DNA from: Bdellovibrionota bacterium | Lineage (GTDB): Bacteria; Bdellovibrionota_C; UBA2361; JBGSMV01 | Assembly: GCA_044356455.1 (NCBI GenBank) | Contig: JBIKWF010000117.1 | Coordinates: 1 to 12,863 of the forward strand | DNA: 12,863 nucleotides | Reading direction: 5' to 3' | Part shown: piece by piece, positions 1 to 6,821 of the stretch | How the letters are laid out: each line of letters opens with the position of its first letter | Position numbering within the stretch: position 1 is the first letter of the stretch | Program-made: the position numbers and the translations under genes | The notes under the pieces: generated by a model | The model's input: the letters and a program-made list of their open reading frames with translations, nothing else | What the model was told of the DNA's origin: nothing | Database searches by the model: none

Positions 1-166
1 AACCACTACCTTTAAGCTGGAAGGAAGAAGAGGAAACTATTTTCTCGACGGGATTCTTTTTGCCCTTCTCTGCGCAGTCAGGACAAGATTTAAGGGCCTT
101 CTCTGAAGCTTTTTGGATAACTTCAATGCGTCCACAGCTTGGACAGTCGTACTCATAAATCGGCAT
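1..166 (-). CDS. FmdB-family zinc-ribbon protein, 3' end truncated by the window edge
   Basis: Not in the ORF track; translated by hand from the ATG at 166: MPIYEYDCPSCGRIEVIQKASEKALKSCPDCAEKGKKNPVEKIVSSSSFQLKGSG. The MPIYEY-x-CxxC...CPxC...FxLKGSG pattern is typical of the family. RBS AGGAG at 175-179. Confidence 0.93.
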   Translation of the reverse strand, partial: MPIYEYDCPSCGRIEVIQKASEKALKSCPDCAEKGKKNPVEKIVSSSSFQLKGSG

Positions 167-356
167 GTTGTAGTCTCCTAAGTCTGAAAATCTTATATGC
201 CTTGAACCTGTCGCTAAAAGACCGACTGTCAAAAAGACACGGCCTCAAGGTCCACGCTGCAAAGCTCGCCGCGAGCGGGACTCCTCCACGCTTCATTAAG
301 ATAATGCCAGCTTTGAAGAATTTAATCGCGCCCTTCAGTGAAGCAGCTTGTATCTG

Positions 357-710
357 TTAGCCACTGTTTTTAACCGCGTCAAGCAACCGGGCCCGGACCT
401 CACCACTAACGTCCTTAATAGTAAGGCTTTTTTGCCGCCCCGTCGTCCCCCTCAATAACTCAATATCGCGCTTTGGCACCTCAAGAAGGTCCGCAAGAAA
501 CTCCGTGAGAGCCTCATTGGCTCTCCCCTCTACTGCGGGAGCTGCAATGGCAATTTTCAGGCGCCCACCATGCTCGCCAATAATTCGAGAGGAACTCGCG
601 CGAGGCTGCACAAGTACAAGAAGAGCTAACTCAGCACCTCGAACCGAAAGAAAAGGGAATTCCACAGCACGAGAGGACACAGCACGAGAGGGCACAGCGC
701 TAGAGGCCAC
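357..710 (-). CDS. yggU: DUF167/YggU (UPF0235) family protein
   Basis: Motifs [29 protein letters not shown] and [12 protein letters not shown]; directly follows yggT. Start uncertain: in-frame GTGs at 710, 695, 680 and 665 arise from a tandem repeat. Confidence 0.92.
   Translation of the reverse strand: MASSAVPSRAVSSRAVEFPFLSVRGAELALLVLVQPRASSSRIIGEHGGRLKIAIAAPAVEGRANEALTEFLADLLEVPKRDIELLRGTTGRQKSLTIKDVSGEVRARLLDAVKNSG
663..710. repeat. 15-nt tandem repeat x3 at the yggT/yggU junction
   Basis: CACAGCACGAGAGGA / CACAGCACGAGAGGG / CACAGCGCTAGAGGC followed by CAC; encodes [15 protein letters not shown] in YggU. Confidence 0.85.
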
Positions 711-1008
711 GCTTAAGAACCATTCCGTAGTCCATCAAAGACTGAGCAACAAAGGCATTAATGAACATGAGCGCAAGAACCAAAATCAACGGCGAAAGAT
801 CCATTCCTCCCCCTAGAGGAGGCACATAGCGGCGAATAGGCCGAAGAAGCGGCTCAGTTGAAGCAATAAGGAAGCGCACAATCGGATTATGGGGGTCGGC
901 ATTTACCCAGGACACGATTGCCCGGATGAAGGTGATAACAAGAAAGAAAAAGACGACCGAACTTAAGATTTGGCCTAATGCAATGAGAAGGTTAGCAAGC
1001 GCTATCAC
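700..1008 (-). CDS. yggT: YggT family membrane protein
   Basis: [46 protein letters not shown] signature; GTG start with AGGGGGG at 1016-1022. Confidence 0.95.
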   Translation of the reverse strand: MIALANLLIALGQILSSVVFFFLVITFIRAIVSWVNADPHNPIVRFLIASTEPLLRPIRRYVPPLGGGMDLSPLILVLALMFINAFVAQSLMDYGMVLKRGL

Positions 1009-1139
1009 AGCAGTTCCCCCCTGGAAATACGACGAGAGCCCTCATTCAAGCGTAGAATAAGATAATAGAAAGGGCTGACTCCAAGCTGTTATGCCATAGC
1101 CGCCAGAAGAACGGTACTGCTCTGGAGTGGCCCCCCCAA

Positions 1140-1185
1140 CTTAGTATTCTTAGTGGTTTATAAAAAGAACACTAAGAACACGAAG
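1140..1185. repeat. Extragenic palindrome A (REP-like, CACnnAG heptamer family), degenerate
   Basis: CTTAGTA-TT-CTTAGTG (1140-1155), a 14-nt AT-rich loop, then CACTAAG-AA-CACGAAG (1170-1185); 14/16 complementary; similar to 5828-5879. Confidence 0.8.
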
Positions 1186-1206
1186 GAGGGATAGATAAAT
1201 GTAGCC

Positions 1207-1920
1207 CTACGCGCGGCTCCCGAATAGCGCGCTCCCAACTCTCACATGAGTCGCCCCTTCTTGAATCGCGATATCGAAATCGCTGGACATTCCCATGCTT
1301 AATCCAAGCGCAGGGTTCAAGCGGTCACGAAGCGAGCGCATCGCACGAAAATCGCCGCGCGCCTCCTCTGGGGTCGCGTATTCACGCGTGATGGTCATAA
1401 GCCCTTCTAAAGACAAAGCCGGCAGCGCGCGAACCTGCTCCAAAGCCTTAGGAATCTCATCGGGAGAAAATCCTGATTTCGCCGAGTCCCCCGAGATGTT
1501 CACTTGCAGAAAAATACGCTGAACTTTATTCGCCCTTTGGGCTTCCTTACTTATAAGAGTAACCAGCTTGCTGCTATGCACACTTTCGATGACGTCGAAA
1601 AGCCGCACCGCCTCGCGCGCCTTATTGCTTTGCAAGGGACCTATCAGATGAACCTCTGAAGGAGGGGGAAGCTCTTCTCTTTTTTCAGCCCATTCCTGCA
1701 CGTAATTCTCGCCAAGAATAAGCGGCGGGGAATTTGGAATTAGTGGCAGAGCAGAATAGAGAGCCCTGACACGTTCAATGGGCTGGCGCTTTGAAACCGC
1801 TACCAATCGCACCGGCTGGCCTTGGGGAGGCTGGCGTGCACAAGCCTCTGCGATACGCGCAAGAATCTCATTGAGGCGACCCGCGATTTCATGCTCGCCA
1901 ATTTTATGCTCAGTCGTCAC
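1207..1920 (-). CDS. yggS: YggS/PLPBP pyridoxal phosphate homeostasis protein
   Basis: VAVSK (PLP lysine), GENYVQE, HLIGPLQSNK, LQVNIS, GLMTI, LSMGMSSDF and VRVGSALFG motifs. Confidence 0.97.
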   Translation of the reverse strand: MTTEHKIGEHEIAGRLNEILARIAEACARQPPQGQPVRLVAVSKRQPIERVRALYSALPLIPNSPPLILGENYVQEWAEKREELPPPSEVHLIGPLQSNKAREAVRLFDVIESVHSSKLVTLISKEAQRANKVQRIFLQVNISGDSAKSGFSPDEIPKALEQVRALPALSLEGLMTITREYATPEEARGDFRAMRSLRDRLNPALGLSMGMSSDFDIAIQEGATHVRVGSALFGSRA

Positions 1921-1938
1921 TAAACCATCCTATCACGC

Positions 1939-2532
1939 TCACATGGCAAGAGCGCCAAGCTTCAGCAGCGCCTGCAAAACTGCGGAAAGATTAAGGCCAA
2001 CGACATTAGTATAGGAACCATCAACTGCAGCCACGAGGCTCGCGCCAATTCCTTGAATGGCATAGGAGCCCGCTTTGTCCATAGGCTCTCCCGAAGATAC
2101 GTAATCACGAATCCTCTCTTTCGAGAGCGGCACCATAGTTACCGAACTTCTATGCACTTCAACATGCTCAACCGCGCGCGCGGCATTGATAACGGCAAAG
2201 GCGCCCACCACTTGATGTGTGGTGCCCTGCAAACCAGAAAGCATGCGCTCTGCATCTTGCGCGTCGAGGGGTTTTCCCAAGATCTCGCCGTGCAAAACAA
2301 CCGTAGTGTCAGCCCCAAGAACCCAGGAAGTTCGATTTTTCTCTGCGATTGCCCAGGCCTTACGCAGCGCGAGCCGCTCGACCATTTTCATCGCAGACTC
2401 TCCAGGGAGCACCTCCTCGTCAGAGCCTGGCACAAGTATCTCAAACGAAAGTCCGACATCACCTAAGAGCTCTTTACGACGCGGGGAGCCGGACGCGAGA
2501 ATAAGCTGCTGACCCTCTGCCATTCGATACAT
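1939..2532 (-). CDS. maf: Maf family nucleoside triphosphate pyrophosphatase (YhdE-type, dTTP/UTP)
   Basis: ILASGSPRRKELL, GADT, ILGKP and DKAGSYAIQG motifs; the R/T/Q residues fit the YhdE subfamily. RBS AAGGAG at 2539-2544. Confidence 0.96.
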   Translation of the reverse strand: MYRMAEGQQLILASGSPRRKELLGDVGLSFEILVPGSDEEVLPGESAMKMVERLALRKAWAIAEKNRTSWVLGADTTVVLHGEILGKPLDAQDAERMLSGLQGTTHQVVGAFAVINAARAVEHVEVHRSSVTMVPLSKERIRDYVSSGEPMDKAGSYAIQGIGASLVAAVDGSYTNVVGLNLSAVLQALLKLGALAM

Positions 2533-2535
2533 AGG

Positions 2536-2976
2536 CTACTCCTTTACCGATTTAAGGCGGGGCTTATTCGAAACTTCTTGCGGCGGAGACAGTAGCGAGA
2601 GGAGCCCATCAAGAAGAGTTTCTTCCAGTGAATTCGAGATGAACTCGCGGGTTTCCCCCTCAACCTCAAGTCCAAGAACCCAGCGACGCTGGTCCTTAAA
2701 GCTGAGCCCAAGAACTCTCACCCCCCGCCTCGCAAACTCATCAACAAGTTCCTCTACCTCTGGAACTCGAAAAAAGAAGTGCAAATGTTCGTCGGGAAGC
2801 TCTGAGGTCTTTCCGGTAAATAACGAGACCAAGCGTTTGGGCCCAATGAGTTGGAAGACTTCCGTACCGAGATCGGCATAACCGCGCGCGACGCTCGCCC
2901 CTACCTCTAATGGGAATTCGACCCCACGTACTTTGAGCTCGTGCGCTTTCTCGAGGAAAGTCGGCGACTTTATCAT
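2536..2976 (-). CDS. Hypothetical cytoplasmic protein (146 aa)
   Basis: Fills the guaB-maf gap in the same orientation; its last codons contain the maf RBS. No family recognised with confidence. Confidence 0.8.
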   Translation of the reverse strand: MIKSPTFLEKAHELKVRGVEFPLEVGASVARGYADLGTEVFQLIGPKRLVSLFTGKTSELPDEHLHFFFRVPEVEELVDEFARRGVRVLGLSFKDQRRWVLGLEVEGETREFISNSLEETLLDGLLSLLSPPQEVSNKPRLKSVKE

Positions 2977-3026
2977 TTCTAATCTCTTGGAAAGCGAGAG
3001 CTGTTTATACCAGGCTTTAACTTAAA

Positions 3027-4535
3027 CTATCGTTCCGCCTGCATCCTATCGAGCTGCTCAACACGCGAAGTACCACCCTCTACGAGCGTCATGTCTGAAA
3101 TACGCGTGAGCTCAGCTCGCTCATGGAATTCTTGAACCGTAAGGGCCCCGCAATTGCACATCGTTGATTTAATCTTCGAGACGGCAACATCAACTTTATT
3201 CGCGAGTGGACCACTGTAGGGAACGTAGGCATCTACGCCCTCTTCGAAGACTAACTCAGGTCTATCGCTTTGCTTATAACGCTGCCAATTGCGCGCTCGA
3301 TTCGACCCCTCGCCCCAATATGGCTTGTAGAGGCGTCCACGATAAGTAACTTTCTCGGTTGGGCTTTCCTCCGTCATCGCGAAATATTTACCCATCATCA
3401 CAAAATCTGCGCCAAGAGCCAGCGCGATGATAATATCCGTGTCGGAATTCAGGCCGCCATCTGAGCATACGGGCACATACACTCCCGTTTCTTTGAAGTA
3501 TGCGTCGCGAGCTTCAACCACTTCCATTACCGCAGCTGCTTGGCCTCGGCCTATGCCTTTCTGTTCACGGGTGATGCAGATGGATCCACCGCCAATTCCG
3601 ACTTTAACAAAGTCGACCTTGGCTTCTTTCACCAAATAAAGGAACGCTTCCTTGGTAACGATATTCCCGCCGCCAAGCACAAGCCTGTCTCCATACGCAT
3701 TCCGCATGGCAAGAGAGGCATCACGCTGCCACTCCGAATAGCCATCGCTTGAGTCAAGACACAACACGTCGCAGCCCGCCTCGAGAAGAGCATTCGAGCG
3801 CTCCATGTAATCAAAGGTATTGAGCGCTCCGCCCACAAGCAGACGCTTGTTGTGGTCCGTCAATTCATCGGGATTCGCTTTATGATCGAAGTAATCGCGG
3901 CGAAACACGAGGTTCTTGAGAATGCCCTTCTTGTCGACAATAGGGAGACACTCTTTTTTGTTTGCCCAGAGTTTCTCCGTCGCCTCTTGAAGTGAGACGC
4001 CTTCCTCGGCCATGACAAGACGCTCAACAGGAGTGAAGTGTTGAGTCACCAGATGGCTTAGATCATCCTTGAATTCCCAAAAGTCCTTGCTCGTGAGAAG
4101 GCCAACAAGTTTTCCGTTCGACGTACCGTCGGAGGTGACTGCAATAGTCGAATGCCCCTTACGCCGTCTCAGCTCGACCGCGTCCTTAAGTGTTGCAGTC
4201 GGCGGCAGGTTCGAATCAGAAACAACAAATCCTGCTTTATGATCTTTCGTCTTGCGCACCATTTCAGCTTGAGACTCGATGCTTTGAGAACAGAAGGTGA
4301 AAGCGCAGCCCCCTTTTCTCGCCAAGGCGATGGCAAGCTCCGATCCACTCACGGCCTGCATGGCGGCGGAGACAAAGGGAATATTGAGGTGAAGCTTTGG
4401 TTCCTGCCCTTTCTTAAACCTGGATAGCGGAACTTTCAGGCTCACGTTTGCGGGCACGTGCTCCTTCTTGGTCAGACCAGGCAGAAGCAAAAACTCTTGG
4501 AATGTTCGGGAGATGCCATCAACGATACGGGCCAC
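3027..4535 (-). CDS. guaB: IMP dehydrogenase with CBS domain pair
   Basis: Catalytic loop KVGIGGGSICITRE, plus SAAM, SDGG, GADFVMMG, YWGEGS and EEGV motifs; CBS insert. GTG start with GAGGA RBS at 4542-4546. Confidence 0.97.
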   Translation of the reverse strand: MARIVDGISRTFQEFLLLPGLTKKEHVPANVSLKVPLSRFKKGQEPKLHLNIPFVSAAMQAVSGSELAIALARKGGCAFTFCSQSIESQAEMVRKTKDHKAGFVVSDSNLPPTATLKDAVELRRRKGHSTIAVTSDGTSNGKLVGLLTSKDFWEFKDDLSHLVTQHFTPVERLVMAEEGVSLQEATEKLWANKKECLPIVDKKGILKNLVFRRDYFDHKANPDELTDHNKRLLVGGALNTFDYMERSNALLEAGCDVLCLDSSDGYSEWQRDASLAMRNAYGDRLVLGGGNIVTKEAFLYLVKEAKVDFVKVGIGGGSICITREQKGIGRGQAAAVMEVVEARDAYFKETGVYVPVCSDGGLNSDTDIIIALALGADFVMMGKYFAMTEESPTEKVTYRGRLYKPYWGEGSNRARNWQRYKQSDRPELVFEEGVDAYVPYSGPLANKVDVAVSKIKSTMCNCGALTVQEFHERAELTRISDMTLVEGGTSRVEQLDRMQAER

Positions 4536-4567
4536 AGGATTTCCTCACAGTTCGTAAATGGCTTCCA

Positions 4568-4597
4568 ACCATAGACGATTTGCAGCCTCCCATACAA
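4568..4597 (-). promoter_or_regulatory. Putative sigma70 promoter for the guaB block
   Basis: Minus strand TTGTAT-18nt-TATGGT, about 30 nt upstream of the guaB start; consensus match only. Confidence 0.3.
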
Positions 4598-4717
4598 GCC
4601 CGGGGCAAAAATTGAGATTTATAGGAAACTTTGGCGGCTTTTTCTCGAATATAAGGGCGGCGGCGTGAGGAAAAGCTTCCCGCGCCAGGAATACATCGAG
4701 TTAAGGAGCAGTTGTTT

Positions 4718-5779
4718 ATGAGAATTGATGGCCAAAATAGCAATCCGAGCCTCTACCGGGCTTCCGCCTCCCCACTAGCTCCCACTGTAGCTAAACAGGC
4801 CGGGAACCTGACTACCATTGCTCCCTTCACCTCGATTTCCCGCCCCCAAGCTCCTGCAACTGGATTCTCTCAGAAATTAGGGACCTTCCTCACACAGCTC
4901 CAGACCATTACGAGCAACTTTAAAACCGCTTCGGCGGCTACCCAGCAGCGAGTAGCTGCTGACAAAGCGAATGGCGTCGGAGTTCTGCAAGGTGCTCGGG
5001 CGTATAGCAGCGAAGTCCTCGGAGGCCTTCAGGCTCTTGGCGCAGGTAAGTCCGTCGGTGCATTGGGTGGCTCAGCTTCGGGAGCTCTTGGTGCCGCAAG
5101 CGGCTGGGCTGGAACCGTGGGAGCGGTTGGCAACCTTGTTAGCCTGTTCTCCGCCGGAGATAACGTGAAACCGGGTCAGGCTGCGCTTAGCGGAGCAGTG
5201 AACGGGGCCTATATTGGAACCCAGATTCTTCCAGGTTGGGGAACGGCAATCGGGGCGGTAGTTGGCGGAATTGCTGGCTTCGCTTCGAGCTACTTTGGCA
5301 GCGGAAAGAGCAAGGATCAGAAAGCGCGTGACCAGGTGCGTGAGGGACTTTTGCAAGCGGGCGTGATTGACGCCAAATACAGCTTGACCCTGGCAAATGG
5401 AGAAAAATTCGACATCGGCAAAGATGGGGGAGCTAAGTTAAAGAATACCGACGGAACAGAGCGGCGCATGTATGAAGTTGACATGACTAATCCGCTCACC
5501 GCACAAGCGATTGGATTTGCAAATCCACTGGCACAGCTCGTGAGTGGGGGCGATAAGAAACTCGCCACCGCCTTCGCCGGATACTTCGCTAATGCAGCAA
5601 TAAGCAACGCCAGCTCGCCTGAAGATGTGCGCCAAAACATGCTCGCTATCTTTAGCAAGTTCAAGGCGTCCCCAGAGCAAACGCTTGGCGCCCTTCAGCA
5701 ACTTGGAAATGCCGGCAAAATCACGGCGAAAGAGTACGCTGCCTATGCAAATGGGATGAGCACCATGATGAGAGGATAA
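4718..5779 (+). CDS. Hypothetical glycine-zipper protein (353 aa), possibly secreted or membrane-inserting
   Basis: Long ORF. AAGGAG at 4703-4708 favours the ATG at 4718 over the TTG at 4712. Gly/Ala-rich centre containing GAYIGTQILPGWGTAIGAVVGGIAG. Confidence 0.85.
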   Translation: MRIDGQNSNPSLYRASASPLAPTVAKQAGNLTTIAPFTSISRPQAPATGFSQKLGTFLTQLQTITSNFKTASAATQQRVAADKANGVGVLQGARAYSSEVLGGLQALGAGKSVGALGGSASGALGAASGWAGTVGAVGNLVSLFSAGDNVKPGQAALSGAVNGAYIGTQILPGWGTAIGAVVGGIAGFASSYFGSGKSKDQKARDQVREGLLQAGVIDAKYSLTLANGEKFDIGKDGGAKLKNTDGTERRMYEVDMTNPLTAQAIGFANPLAQLVSGGDKKLATAFAGYFANAAISNASSPEDVRQNMLAIFSKFKASPEQTLGALQQLGNAGKITAKEYAAYANGMSTMMRG

Positions 5780-5827
5780 CTCTCAACGTGGCCGCTACAG
5801 CCGTTTCCGTTTTGGGATCCCCGCCCC

Positions 5828-5879
5828 CCTTAGTGGTCTTAGTGGTTGTTTTCAAAAAAAACCACTAAGACCACTAAGG
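5828..5879. repeat. Extragenic palindrome B, perfect 20-bp inverted repeat (possible terminator or mRNA stabiliser)
   Basis: CCTTAGTGGTCTTAGTGGTT (5828-5847) / AACCACTAAGACCACTAAGG (5860-5879) with a 12-nt loop; each arm holds two 9-nt units. Confidence 0.92.
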
Positions 5880-5914
5880 AACCTCTGAAAAACCTCGATA
5901 TTTTATTTTTCTCT

Positions 5915-5987
5915 CTCCGTGTTCTCTGTGTCCTCTGTGGTTTTTCAACAATTTAAATCAACCACAGAGGGCACAGAGTTCACAGAG
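5915..5987. repeat. Extragenic palindrome C, 28-bp arms of three 9-nt units
   Basis: CTCCGTG-TT-CTCTGTG-TC-CTCTGTG-GTT (5915-5942) / AAC-CACAGAG-GG-CACAGAG-TT-CACAGAG (5960-5987); 24/28 complementary; 17-nt AT-rich loop. Confidence 0.9.
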
Positions 5988-6103
5988 CAAACTTTTTCAG
6001 TGCTTCCCTAAGTAGAGCCCCCAAGAATCCAGCTCTGAACCCTTATTGCGCATTGCCTTTCATAACCTATTAGCCTACTCCTCTCTTCTAGGAATAGGCG
6101 CAC

Positions 6104-6805
6104 ATGCACTCTGGATATTTTGCCGCAGTAACGTTTCTTGTCTTTACCGGCGGCGGCAGCATTGCGCAGGTGGCGAAACTTCTTGGCCGCACCAAAGCCT
6201 GGAAGCAGGGTACGCTCCCTAAGGAACAAATTTGTGAGGGCCTTCATCCTGTAAGGGAACTCTGGAGTTTCACTGCTTTTTCGCTTTTTGCGCTCTCAGG
6301 TCTCACGCGAAGCTATACTGATTACGTTCTCGTGGGCACAAGGCTTCCAGTAGTACTACTCTCAACGGGAACACTTGCAATCTTAAGTGCCTACCAGAGC
6401 GGTGCAGCCTCTCGCTACTACAGGTGGGCGCTCCTTGTGAATGCTGCGCTGATCAGCATGATTGCACTTGTAGCAGCGGGAGTCTCATTTGACGGAACGG
6501 TGATATCGCTTGCAATTGATGGGGCGCTCAGCGTTGTCAGCTTTTTTCTCTTCTACGGCAAATCAAAACAAGCTCGTGAAATGCTACGTACCAGAAAGAC
6601 AATAGCCGTTTCGTGGCTTCGCGATCTCGGCGTGCTTGTTAAAGACGGAACTGGCCTTTGGTACGCTCTACAAGTGGGAAGCGAGCTCAAATGGATTGCG
6701 CTTACTCACACGCTCTCAGGCATAAGTTCTGCATCTATCTGTATCGTAAAGTGGTTTGTTGAAAGAACTCAGCCCAAGACAGAAGCATCGAAAATTCTGA
6801 ATTAG
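6104..6805 (+). CDS. 7-TM membrane protein, divergent PQ-loop/SWEET-like transporter (putative)
   Basis: About seven hydrophobic segments in a 3+1+3 arrangement. The two halves repeat: IAQVAKLLGR...EGLH and SKQAREMLRTRKTIAVS. RBS AGGAATAGG at 6090-6098. The CDS is well supported; the fold is inferred. Confidence 0.65.
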   Translation: MHSGYFAAVTFLVFTGGGSIAQVAKLLGRTKAWKQGTLPKEQICEGLHPVRELWSFTAFSLFALSGLTRSYTDYVLVGTRLPVVLLSTGTLAILSAYQSGAASRYYRWALLVNAALISMIALVAAGVSFDGTVISLAIDGALSVVSFFLFYGKSKQAREMLRTRKTIAVSWLRDLGVLVKDGTGLWYALQVGSELKWIALTHTLSGISSASICIVKWFVERTQPKTEASKILN

Positions 6806-6821
6806 CCACAATTCTCAAGTA

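Noticed and set aside
190..240. Perfect TTGACA (227-232, minus) or a CIRCE-like site upstream of the FmdB-family gene
   Set aside because: No convincing -10 at 16-18 nt spacing, and no second CIRCE half-site.
251..292. TCCACGCT direct repeats flanking the GCTCGC-C-GCGAGC palindrome
   Set aside because: Too short to distinguish from chance, and no U-tract for a terminator.
139..360. 73-aa plus-strand ORF
   Set aside because: TTG start without an RBS; overlaps the FmdB-family gene in antisense; no motifs.
4620..4705. Sigma28 or sigma54 promoter for the glycine-zipper gene
   Set aside because: The best match, GAAA-N15-CTCGAATA, is too far from TAAA-N15-GCCGATAA, and there is no GG-N10-GC.
4536..4717. 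Purine riboswitch upstream of guaB
   Set aside because: No recognisable purine aptamer core, and the putative leader is too short.
5828..5987. Possible CRISPR array or IS terminal inverted repeats
   Set aside because: No identical direct repeats with unique spacers, no cas or transposase gene, and the arms enclose only 12-17 nt.
5963..5987. CACAGAG resembles the V(D)J/Transib RSS heptamer CACAGTG
   Set aside because: No 12/23 spacer plus nonamer and no RAG-like gene; sister hairpins use CACTAAG.
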